Below, piece by piece: positions 23,711-35,020 of a stretch of 64,000 nt of DNA. The stretch comes from Felis catus (taxonomy: Eukaryota). Position 1 is the stretch's first letter. Each line of letters starts with the position of its first letter. The translations under genes were made by a program, and so were the position numbers. The notes under the pieces are model-generated. The model ran no database searches and had not been told where the DNA came from. It saw only the letters and a list, made by a program, of their open reading frames with translations. The stretch spans positions 3,846,001 to 3,910,000 of the forward strand of contig NC_058369.1 in NCBI RefSeq assembly GCF_018350175.1, given 5' to 3'.

Positions 23711-24151
23711 CTGTGCGGGGCAGCAGCCAAGTGGGAGAGAGCAGAGGAGAGGCCCCGTGAGTGCGGGGGTGGGGTGGGGCGGGGCGGTGGGGCGGGGCGG
23801 GGTGGGGCGGCCCAGGCGCTCCCTGCCATCCGCTGTGCCTGTGCCCGTGGCCTTCCTGCCTGGCCCTGCCTGGCCCTGTCCCAAGTCCCTGCCGGGGAAG
23901 ACGGCGCGGCTGCAGAGAGAAGGAGGGGCGGAGGGGGGAGGGGAGGGGGGGAGCGGGGGTGGGGGGGGGCGGTGGGGGCGCTGGTCCCACCTTTGCCAAC
24001 GCCGGAGCCTCGGGGTCCGGACTCGCCTTGAGCGTCCACGAGGAAGCAGAAAAGTGACCACTTACCTGGGCGGGGGGAGAGGGAGGGGGCTGGGGTGGGG
24101 GTGGGCACGAGGCCCGGTCCGGCTCTGGTGCGGGGATCGCCGCGCGCCTAC

Positions 24152-24757
24152 CTTGGTCCCGCAGGAACGTCCGGTAGCGGACGGGGGGGCTGTAGGGGCC
24201 GGGGCCCTGGCGCGTGTGGGCCCGAACTTGGAGGTCATAAGCCGTGTCGGGCTTGAGGCCCTGCAGCGTGAGCACGTTCTCGGCGCCCGGCTCGGCCACT
24301 GCCGGCAGCTCGGTCTCTCGGGCGGGGCCCAAGGCCCCGGCCTCCCGCACGGCCACCGTGTACTTGACGATGGCCCCGTTGCGCTCGGCGGGCACGGGCG
24401 GCAGCCACCGGAGCAGGACGGTGCCGGCCGAGGCGTTGCCGGCCGCCTCGAGGATCTGCGGGTGGCCGCGGGGCGCGTCCTCGGGGATGCTCAGGGCCTC
24501 GGCCGCCTCCTCGCCCAGGCCTCCTCGGCTGCGGGCCGCCAGCCGGAACACGTACGTGGCCCCCTTATGCACGCCCGGCGCCGTGTAGTGGTCCTCGGTG
24601 GGCGGGAACTCCAGCGTGGCCAGGGGGGCGTCCTCTCGGCCGAACTGCAGGCGGTAGCCCAGCACCTGGTCCTCAGCGGTGCCGGCCGGGGGCTCCCAGT
24701 GTGCCAGCAGGCTGCCCTCGGGGGTCTGCTGCACCGACAGGGTGGGGCGGCCCAGCA
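24152..24757 (-). CDS. PTPRS: PTPRS exon (606 nt), FNIII-6/7: VLGRPTLSVQQTPEG...YRTFLRDQ
   Basis: CAG acceptor, GTAGG donor; lies within ORF 23475..24758. Confidence 0.95.
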
Positions 24758-24970
24758 CTGCGGGGAGACAGGGCGAGCGTCAGGGCCACAGGGCCATCCC
24801 GGCCTGGGAGCAAGGGCAGAGGGCCGCCGACTTTTGAAGAGGGTCTCGGGAGGGCCTCGCTCGGAAGCCAAGACGTGAGGGAGCCGAGGGTGGCGGCGGA
24901 AACGGTGTTCCGGGCAAGGGAAGCAGCCTGTGCAAAGGCCCTGCGGCGGCACTGTGCCGGGCGAGTGGGA

Positions 24971-25090
24971 GGGCGGGCGAGGAGGCAGGGGACTCGGGGG
25001 ACCTGATGCAGGAAAACATCTACAGGTGTCGGGCGGGCGAGGAGGCAGGGGACTCGGGGGACCTGATGCAGGAAAACATCTACAGGTGTC
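24971..25090. repeat. Perfect 60-bp tandem duplication (2 copies)
   Basis: 24971-25030 is identical to 25031-25090. Confidence 0.95.
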
Positions 25091-25293
25091 AGAAGAGGCC
25101 CTTGGACGCTTATCTTTTGTTTTCGTTAGGAAGTCAGTCATCTTGTGCCTCACTGATCTGCCCCTTGCAGGATTAACACCCACGGGACACAGCAACGTCC
25201 ACGACCCTGCCCTTGCCCCATGGTTCTCGCAAGCAACGTGCCAAGGTCCTGCTAAGCCCTGCAGGAGAGATGCTCTACAAAGAAAACCAACCC

Positions 25294-25510
25294 TGAGGTG
25301 CCTGGCTGGCTCAGGAGGTTAAGCATCTGACTCTTGGTTTCAGCTCAGGTCATGATCTCATGGCTTGTGGGTCGGAGCCCCGCGTCGGGCTCCCGCAGCT
25401 CGCAGTGGGGACCCTGCTTGGGATTCTCTCTCTCTCCCTCTCCCTCTGTCCCTCTCCCGCTTGCGCTGTCTCTGTCTCTCTCAAAATAGACAAATAAACT
25501 TTAAAAATCT
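25294..25510 (+). mobile_element. CAN-SINE
   Basis: GCCTGGCTGGCTCAG head, CT tract, A-rich tail. Confidence 0.85.
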
Positions 25511-26500
25511 TCAATAAAACCAGGCTTCTTCCCTGCAGGACTTATCAGGACCTTTTGGGAACTGTGCTCTGAGCAGCCACAGCATGTGTAGTGGGTTTTG
25601 TGATGCGACGTCCCTGCGAGAAGAGGAAACGATCAGGGGAGGCTGCTTGGAAGGGGTAACGAGGGTGCTGGACACAGAAGGATACAGAGGCTAGGCAGAC
25701 GGAGGGAACCGCATGGGCAAGGATTGGCAGGAGCGTGGGGAGGGGTTGTGTCCCGCGGGCCTGGAACATCAGGCTATGTGGGCAGAGGGAGGGTCGCTGG
25801 GGAAGGGGTGGGTGCGGGACGCGTCGGGGAGGCCTCAGGACCCGTCACTCCTGAAACACAAGCAACTTGTTCTCCACCCCACACCTTTGCCCAGGCTGTG
25901 CCATCCGCCCAGAACCCTCTCCCCTTACACGGCTGCCTCTCCCTCCTCAGCTTTGGCTGGGGTAAAAACAGTCCCTCGGGACAGGCGGTAGGGGCCTGGA
26001 GGGGCCGGAGGGGGAAACTGAGGCAGGGCTGCACGGAGAAGAGGCGTCGCGGGCAGCGGGGACGATGGGCGCGGTAACTTTCAACCACAACCCACTCGGG
26101 GCCATCACCGCTGTGACGGGGGCAGCACGGGGGTGCTGGGGGTGCCCGGAGGGAACCCTGGACCGAGGCTGTGGCACGGGGGGCGGGGTGGGGAAGGCTT
26201 CCCGAGGAGGGGCGGGCGAATCAAAGACCTAAGGACGGGGAGCACGCAGCTGGCCCGGAGAAGGGTATCCAGGCAGAAGGAACAGCCCCGGAGAAGCCCG
26301 GAAGGGACAGAGGCCTGGTAACGGCTCCCACCTTTCCGGAACTAAGCGGGCAGGGAAGCCAGGGATGAGGACGTGGCAGGGCCGGACGCCCTCCCGAGGA
26401 GCCCCTGCACCTTGGCTCTCTGTCCCCGCTGCCCAGCGCAGGAGCTCAAGGACTCCGCGGGACGGTCTGGGGGTGGGGGGCCCGTGCAGGGGTCTCGTAC

Positions 26501-26618
26501 CTGCTCCCTTGGTCACCACCACCTTGGGTTTGCTGCGAGCACCGTCGCCTTTCATGGTGTAGGCGGCTACCGTGATGGAGTAGGCGGTCTCGGGCTGCAG
26601 GTTTGTGATGACCATCTC
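26501..26618 (-). CDS. PTPRS: PTPRS exon (118 nt), FNIII-5 C-part: [17 protein letters not shown]...VVTKGA
   Basis: CAG acceptor, GTACG donor. Confidence 0.95.
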
Positions 26619-27334
26619 CTGCGGGCAGGGACGGGGAGGGGTCGGCGACACAGTTGGGGCGGAGAGCGGCCCTGCCCATCCCCTCCCCTCCCCAGGCCGG
26701 GGTCAAGCAAGGCAGGCGGGGGGCCCGGTCCGCGGGCAGAGGCGTGCATCCGAGCGCATGCACACCCCCCAACACGTCACACGTCCGTGCTCAAACGGGC
26801 ACACGCAGCCTGACCCCCGTCGTCTTCCACCTGGACGGGCGCGGTCACCCGGGGCTCCCACCCTTGCCGCTCCCTCCGTCCCGTCCCCCCCCCCCCGCAG
26901 CGGCCACCAGAGGGCGCCTGCAAGCACCCACCCTCCTCCCACCGCCCTGGGGCAGAGGGGCTACAGGTTGATGAGGCACCTGCGTCTCATAGGGAGCCTG
27001 AAAGCGACACGGTGGGGCCGTATTTACGTCACAGAAGTGGGGACAAGCTACAAATCAGGCCTGTCCCCCCCCGCCCCGCCCCCGAGAGCTGATGAGTAAA
27101 CCTCTGTATCACCGCCGATACCCCGCCCCAGCCAGACTTGTAACTAGACGCATACCGTTGACCCTTGGACAACATGGGGGGGAGGGGCGCTGACCAGCCC
27201 CCCTGCCGCCCCGTGCAGCCAAAAATCTGCACACAACTTCTGACTCCCCCAAAACTCGACTACGATTAGCCTCCCATTGACTAGAAAAATGCTTACAGGT
27301 AACATACTCGATTTCACGCGTCTTGTATGTTTTT

Positions 27335-27402
27335 TTCTTTTAAAGTTTATCTATTTTGAGCGAGAGCGAGTGTGTACAAGCGGGGGAGGGCCAGTGTGTA
27401 CA

Positions 27403-27455
<53 letters not shown>

Positions 27456-27574
27456 CCCAAGCAGGCTCTGCACTGACAGCACAGAGCCCGACGCCGGGCT
27501 CGAACCCACGAACTGTGAGATCGTGACCTGAGCCGAAGTCGGATGCTTAACCGACTGAGCCACTCAGGTGCCCC
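27335..27574 (-). mobile_element. CAN-SINE with expanded (GA)n
   Basis: (GA)n at ~27406-27452; CCGACTGAGCCACTCAGGTGCCCC head. Confidence 0.88.
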
Positions 27575-28910
27575 GTTCTACACTGTTTTCTTAGAGTAAA
27601 GCAGTTAAAGAAGAGACAGGAGATCTGAGGGAAAGAAAATACATTTATGGCGCTGTAATGTGTCCACAAAAAAAAAAAAAAAGTAACCCCAAAACAAAAC
27701 AAAAAACCCAAATTCTGCATAAAAGTGAGCCTCCACAGTCCAAACCCACGTTGTTCAAGGGTCAAGTGTATTCACGGCCCTCTCCTGCACTGGACTGTGA
27801 CCCCCAGGGGGGCGGGCTCAGGTCAGTCTCGGTCACCTCCACACCTGCAGCAGCTCCTGGCTACACAGGATCTACATACAGTAGGTGCTCGGTAAATGCT
27901 TCTCTGGCAAACGTCGGAGCCCTCCGACCCGCACGCGTATCTGCGTCCACCCTCACGCAGCTGCACGCGTGCCCACGTCCCCACGCATGCACACCCACAG
28001 ACACGGTCCAGCATGCCAGGGAGCTGTGGGGCGGCCCCGGGTCAGGGGCAGGAGGAGGGGGACGGGGATGCACGGAGAGAGGGTCTCCTGCCCCTGAGCC
28101 GCACGTTTAGCCCCTCCCGGGGTCTTGGTGCGTGGGAGGGGTTGGGCCAAAACCGTGGTGGGAACTCCCCGCCCCTCCCTTCCCTGGGGGGTGGGACGGG
28201 TATCGATTGAACATCAGGCTTGGGGCTCTTCTGAGAGCCCGCGCCTCCGTGTCAGGGCTTCTAGAAAGACAGACGGAGGAGAGGAGGCATAGCCATGCCA
28301 ACCGGCCCAGGGCCTCCTGAGAAAGCCCGAAAGGGTGGAAAGGGTACTGCAGGCCTCCTTTCCTGCCCTGGGCCCACTGACCCTCTGGCCACTCAAGGGC
28401 CCCGATCAAGTGGACGCTTTGGCCACAGAGAGAAACTTCGAGGTCAGAGAAGGCCGGGAAGGGTGATAAAACGGTCAGGCTGGGTTGGAGAGAGGCCCAG
28501 TCCGGAACTGCCAGGCCTGGGTCCAACCGGGGAGGCTGTGGGGTGCAGGGGTGGGTCGGGGCTGCAGGAACAGCTCGAGCCACAGGGAGCAGCGCTGCCG
28601 GCTGGACGGGCAGGGGAAGGAACAGTGTGAGCCCGGTCCCAGGGGCCATCCAGGTAAGAGGGCTGACATATATAACCTGTGGGTCACGTCCTGTGCCCTG
28701 CGTCCGGGACCCCTGCGGGGTTCCTGTGCCCATTTGCCTGACTTCAAAACCGAGGCTGCCTGCTCCAAGAGGTAACCAGTAGGCATCTGGGGCCAGGGGG
28801 GGAAGACCCTCTTACCAGGGAAGTGCAGGGGAGGGGAGGTGGGGACGGGGTCACGTCACTGCACGGCCCGCGGGAGAACACTGCAATGGCCGAGCAGGGG
28901 TGCTACTTAC

Positions 28911-28937
28911 ATATTCGGCTGTGTCATCTGTCTCCCA
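28911..28937 (-). CDS. PTPRS: PTPRS microexon meC (27 nt; WETDDTAEY)
   Basis: ctcag|TGGGAGACAGATGACACAGCCGAATAT|gtaagt; phase 0-0. Confidence 0.92.
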
Positions 28938-29099
28938 CTGAGCGTGGGAGGCGGCGGCAGGGGAGAGAGGAGTAGGTGAGCAGGTGGCCAGAGACAGAGA
29001 GAGAAGCAGCAGCGAGAAGGCAGGAACGCAGGGTCCGGGGGGCCGCCCCGCCCACCCGGCGCCCCGCCCGCCCCGGCCCCGCCCCGGCGCCCCGCCCAC

Positions 29100-29293
29100 C
29101 TGGGCATCGGCCAGCATGACGTCCTTGATGCGCGGCGGCCCGCGGGCCTCGGCGCCCTCCATGCGTACGTAGTGGACCTGGTAGCCGCGGATCTGGCCGT
29201 GCTGCCGGCCGGGCGCGGGCGAGCGCCACAGCACGCGGATGGCCGTGGCGTTGAGCGCCTCCGCCTCCACCTTCCGCGGCGGCGCGCTGGGCA
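29100..29293 (-). CDS. PTPRS: PTPRS exon (194 nt), FNIII-5 N-part: [17 protein letters not shown]...VMLADAQ
   Basis: CAG acceptor, GTGGG donor. Confidence 0.95.
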
Positions 29294-30450
29294 CTGGCGG
29301 GGGCAGGGGAGGGGCGGGCAGGGCCGTTACTGGGGCGCCCGGCCCTGCCCCGGGCAGCACCGCTGCCCCGTGCCAGGGAGCCAAGTGGCTGCCGGTTAGC
29401 TGGGATGCTCTGAGCGCTCACCACCAACGGGGGAGGGCGTGTGCCCCACTTACAGGTGGGCAGCCGAGGGCCCCCCCCCAGAGCCTAAGCCCCCTGCCCA
29501 GGGCCACACGACTCGAGCGGGCCCCGCACGCTCCATTCCCCAGGCTTTACCCACACTGCCTCGTCCATCGTAACAGCACCCTTCGAGGCAGGGGCTCTTA
29601 CTCCCATTTCACAGATGGGAACTGGGGCCTCGATCGCAGGGTGAGGAAGAGGCAAAGCCGGGGCCGAACCCAGGCGTCCGGCTGCCCGTTCCCGTGCGAA
29701 CCAGTGTGCGGCTAGCCCCACACCAGAGCCCTCCCCACCTGATGGGGGGGGGGGGGGGGCTGCGGGCCCCACCTTTCAGGCAGGCCAGGGCCGGGAAGGC
29801 AAGCCGGACTCCCGACGCCCAGGGGCTGCCGTCTTTCTGGACTGGCTGTTGCTTCAGGTCTCCCCGCGCCCCGGCTTCTACCGGAGGACCCCAGACCGGA
29901 GCCTCCCCCCACCCCGCAGCTCCGAACTTTCTAGCTAGAAGTCGGCCACGGCAGGAACGTTTGCACCACGGGGGTCGGCCGTGGCTACAGATCGGTGGCC
30001 GTGCCCCAGGAGCCGGCCGCATCACCGGCACGCCACAGCCGACCCACTTGCCCGCGGGGACGGCTCAGCCCGAGGGAGGGAACTGCCGATCTTATCTTAT
30101 CGGCTCGTCCCCGGAGCCTAAACGCTAGGTTTCCGGGGGGTCAGGGAGCCTCATGAGCTTGCTGTGAGCAAGCACCGCTTCCGGGCTTTTCCAGCACCGG
30201 ACCAAAATGCAGGGCTGCCACACTCCACTTCCCAGGCACGGGGCTCGGGGCTCGGGGAGAAAATACTGCCCGGAAGGGCCTGGGACGGACGATCCCAGGA
30301 GCAAGGAGCCCGGCATTCCTTGGGACGGCTCCCGGTCTCCCGTCTCCCCCTCAACACTGTGGCTTCTACCTTCCGACCACCAGCCAGCCCCGGTTCTGCA
30401 GAGGCGGAAGGCGCCGAGGCGGAGGGGGGTGGGCCGGGGTGGGTGCTCAC

Positions 30451-30756
30451 CGTCCTCGTCGGTGCGGATGACCACGGGCGAGCTCTCGGGCCCTGGTCCC
30501 ACCTCTGTGTGAGCGACCGTCGTGATGCGATACTCCGTCCACTTGTCCAGCGCCTCCAGCAGGATCTGAGTGGCGGTCGGGGGAATGCCGTTCACCTCCT
30601 TGGGTTGCGGATCCTCTGAGCCCAGCGGTCGGTAGCGGACGCTATAGCTCACCAGGGCCCCGTTGTGCGTTTCCGGCGGCGGTGGGCGCCAACTTACCAA
30701 AATGGCCGTGGAGCGCGTGCTGACGCATTTAACGTCTTGAGGGGGGGCTGACGGTT
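30451..30756 (-). CDS. PTPRS: PTPRS exon (306 nt), FNIII-4: KPSAPPQDVKCVSTRS...VIRTDED
   Basis: TAG acceptor, GTGAG donor; first exon of the skippable FNIII 4-7 block. Confidence 0.95.
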
Positions 30757-31276
30757 CTATTGGAGGGGGGAGAACGTGGGGGCGGGGAGGGGAGGCGGGA
30801 TGGGCGGGGGGAGGGGGACGGGGAAACAAAAGATGGGAAAGAGAAAATAAAACAGAAGATGATAACAAACAAAACAGAACTAAACCAAAGAGAAGTCGAA
30901 CCCAAAAGAAGCGGGTGTCAACCAAAGGTGAGATGGACGGGTGGGGGGAGGGGGGGGGCCGGGAGGGCTGGCCAAGAACGCTGCGCTCAGCACTGCACCC
31001 GCCCGGCACGCAGGCGGCCCTGGGGAGGGGGCGGCCACCGTCCCCGGGGGACGCGTGTGTGTGCGCGTGGGTGGCTAGGTGTGCGCGAAAAGCCCCGGTG
31101 GCGAAGCACCCGTCATACACGGGGCAGGTGCCAGGGCGGCACGGGATGGCGGTAGATGTACTTAGCGGACACCTACTGTGTGCCAGGGGAATAGCACTGT
31201 CAGTGCAAAAGCAGGACGAGTCCCCTCTGTTGGGCACCTACTGTGTGCTAGGGGGTGTGAAGGGCTTCATAGGTTT

Positions 31277-31460
31277 GGGGCACCTGGGTAGCTCAGTCGC
31301 TTAAGCATCCGATTCTGCACTTGGGCTCAGGTCACAGTCTCACAGTTCGTGGGTTTGAGCCTCGCAGCAGGCTCTGCGCTGACCGTGCGGGGGCCGCTTG
31401 GGATTCTCTGTGTCTCTCTGCCCCCTGCTTCTAGCTCTCAAAATAAGTTAAAAAAAAAAG
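31277..31460 (+). mobile_element. CAN-SINE in the degenerate flank of the VNTR
   Basis: GGGGCACCTGGGTAGCTCAG head; A tail. Confidence 0.85.
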
Positions 31461-31909
31461 CTGGTTTTGCTGTTTTTTAAAGAGCGTCGTAGGTTAACAG
31501 CAAAGACACCTACGTGGTGGACACCGGTCTGAATCAGGGGCTCCGGAGGCCACCCAAGGGCTGGCTTCCACTAGGACCGCCCTCTCGGCCTCACTGAAGA
31601 CAAAACAGCGCCCACGTCTCGAGCACCTACTATGTGCCAGTGAGCATGCCGAGGGCTCTCGAGAGTAATAGCACGAGTGCCTGCTAACTGGACACCAGGC
31701 TCAGGGCCTCACAGGGAGCACAGCCCAAATTAGGCAACTACTGCATGCCAAGGTCGTGACGGATGACAGCTCTTCTGCGTGGAGCCCCTACTGTGTACCT
31801 GGCACCACACGAAGTCCTTCACAGATCAACGGCAGATCTTACTTACTCGGCACCTACTATGGGCTGGGCATCCTAACCACCCTCTAAACATAAAAATAGA
31901 CCATTATGT

Positions 31910-34900
31910 GGCACCTACTGCATGCGAGGCACCGGGCTGGGGGCTTCATCGGGTAACAGTACTAGTCCCCACATACTGAGCACCTACTACGTGCCAGGCA
32001 CCGGGCTGGGGGCTTCATCAGATTAACAGTACTAGTCCCCACATACTGAGCACCTACTACGTGCCAGGCACCAGGCTGGGGCTTCATCAGGTAACAGTAC
32101 TCGTCCCCACATACTAAGCACCTACTACGTACCAGGCACCGGGCTGGGGGCTTCATCAGATTAACAGTACTAGTCCCTACATAATGAGTACCTACTACGT
32201 GCCAGGCACTGGGCTGGGGACATTATAACAGTACGAGTGCCCACATAATGAGTACCTACTATGCGCCAGGCACTGGGCTGGGGGCTTCATCAGATAACAG
32301 TACTAGTCCCCACATAATGAGTACCTACTACGTGCCAGGCACCGGGCTGGGGGCTTCATCGGGTAACAGTACTAGTCCCCACATAATAAGTACCTACTAC
32401 GTGCCAGGCACTGGGATGGGGACTTTATCAGAAAACAGTAGTAGTCCCCACATAATGAGCACCTACTACGTGCCAGGCACCGGGCTGGGGGGTTCATCAG
32501 ATAACAGTACTAGTCCCCACATACTGAGTACCTATTACATGCCAGGCACCAGGCTGGGGGCTTCATCGGATAACAGTATTAGTCCCCACATACTGAGCAC
32601 CTACTACGTGCCAGGCACCGGGCTGGGGGCGTCATCGGATAACAGTACTAGTCCCCACATAATGAGTACCTACTACGTGCCAGGCACCGGGCTGGGGACT
32701 GTATCAGAAAACGGTACTAGTCCCCACATACTAAGCACCTACTATGTGCCAGGCACCGGGCTGGGGACTTTATCAGAAAACAGTACTAGTCCTCACATAC
32801 TAAGCACCTACTACATGCCAGGCACCGGGCTTCATCAGATTAACAGTACTAGTCCCCACATAATGAGCACCTACTACGTGCCAGGCACCGGGCTGGGGAC
32901 TTTATCAGATAACGGTACTAGTCCCCACATAATGAGCACCTACTACGTGCCAGACACCGGGCTGGGTTTCATCAGATTAACAGTACTAGTCCCCACATAC
33001 TAAGCACCTACTACGTGCCAGGCACCGGGCTGGGGCTTCATCAGATAACAGTACTAGTCCCCACGTAATGAGCACCTACTACGTGCCAGGCACCGGGCTG
33101 GAGGCTTCATCGGATAACAGTACTAGCCCCCACACAATGAGCACCTACTACGTGCCAGGCACCGGGTTGGGGGCTTCATCGGATAACAGTACTAGCCCCC
33201 ACACAATGAGCACCTACTACGTGCCAGGCACCGGGCTGGGGGCTTCATCGGATAACAGTACTAGTCCCCACATACTGAGCACCTACTACGTGCCAGGCAC
33301 CGGGCTGGGGGCTACATCAGATAACAGTACTAGTCCCCACGTAATGAGTACCTACTATGTGCCAGGCACCGGGCTGGGGACTTTATCAGAAAACAGTATT
33401 AGTCCCCACATAATGAGTACCTAGTACGTGCCAGGCACCGGGTTGGGGACTTTATCAGATAACAGTACTAGTCCCCCATACTTAGCACCTACTACGTGCC
33501 AGGCACCGGGCTGGGGGCTTCATCAGGTAACAGTTCTAGTCCCCACATACTGAGCACCTACTACGTGCCAGGCACCGGGCTGGGGACTTTATCAGATAAC
33601 AGTACTAGCCCCCACATAATGAGTACCTAGTACGTGCCAGGAGCTGGGCTGGGGGCTATATCAGGTAACAGTACTAGTCCCCACATGCTAAGCACCTACT
33701 ACGTGCCCGGCACCAGGCTGGGGGCTTCATCAGATTAACAGTACTAGTCCCCACATACTGAGTAGCTACTACGTGCCAGGCACTGGGCTGGGGGCTACAT
33801 CAGGGAACAGTACTAGTCCCCACATAACAAGTACCTACTATGTGCCAGGCACCGGGCTGGGGGCTTCATCAGAGAACAGTACTAGTCCCCACATACTAAG
33901 CACCTACTACGTGCCAGGCACCAGGCTGGGGGCTTCATCAGAGAACAGTACTAGTCCCCACATACTGAGTACCTATTACATGCCAGGCACCGGGCTGGGG
34001 GCTTCATCGGATAACAGTATTAGTCCCCACATAATGAGCACCTACTACGTGCCAGGCACCGGGCTGGGAGCTTCATCGGATAACAGTACTAGTCCCCACG
34101 TAATGAGTACCTACTATGCGCCAGGCACCGGGCTCCATCAGATAACCGTATTAGTCCCCACCTAATGAGCACCTACTACGTGCCAGGCACCGGGCTGGGA
34201 GCTTCATCGGATAACAGTACTAGTCCCCACGTAATGAGTACCTACTATGCGCCAGGCACCGGGCTCAGGGCTCCATCAGATAACAGTACTAGTCCCCACA
34301 TGAGCACCTACTATGTGCCAGGCACTGGGCTGGGGACTTTATCAGATAACAGTATTAGTCCCCACATAATGAGCACCTACTACGTGCCAGGCACCGGGCT
34401 GGGAGCTTCATCGGATAACAGTACTAGTCCCCACATACTGAGCACCTACTATGCGCCAGGCACCAGGCTCAGGGCTCCATCAGATTAACAGTACTAGTCC
34501 CCACATACTGAGCACCTACTACGTGCCAGGCACCAGGCTGGGGCTTCATCAGGTAACAGTACTCGTCCCCACATACTGAGCACCTACTACGTGCCAGGCA
34601 CTGGGCTGGGGGCTTCATCAGATTAACAGTACTCGTCCCCACATACTGAGCACCTACTACGTGCCAGGCACCAGGCTGGGGTTTCATCAGGTAACAGTAC
34701 TTGTCCCCACATACTGAGCACCTACTACGTACCAGGCACCGGGCTGGGGGCTTCATCAGATTAACAGTACTAGTCCCTACATAATGAGTACCTACCACGT
34801 GCCAGGCACTGGGCTGGGGACATTATAACAGTACGAGTGCCCACATAATGAGTACCTACTATGCGCCAGGCACTGGGCTGGGGGCTTCATCAGATAACAG

Positions 34901-35020
34901 TACTAGTCCCCACATGAGCACCTACTACGTGCCAGGCACCGGGATGGGGACTTCATCAGAAAACAGTAGTAGTCCCCACATAATGAGCACCTACTACGTG
35001 CCAAGCACTGGGCTGGAGGC
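31910..35020. repeat. Minisatellite/VNTR, ~69-bp unit, ~45 copies, built on the LINE-2 3'-end core GAGCACCTACTACGTGCCAGGCAC
   Basis: Unit visible directly; 23-aa repeat in + strand ORFs (STYYVPGTGLGASSDNSTSPHI). Confidence 0.93.

Noticed and set aside
31910..35020. CRISPR-like array
   Set aside because: The units are fully tandem with no unique spacers, there are no cas genes, and the context is a eukaryotic intron.
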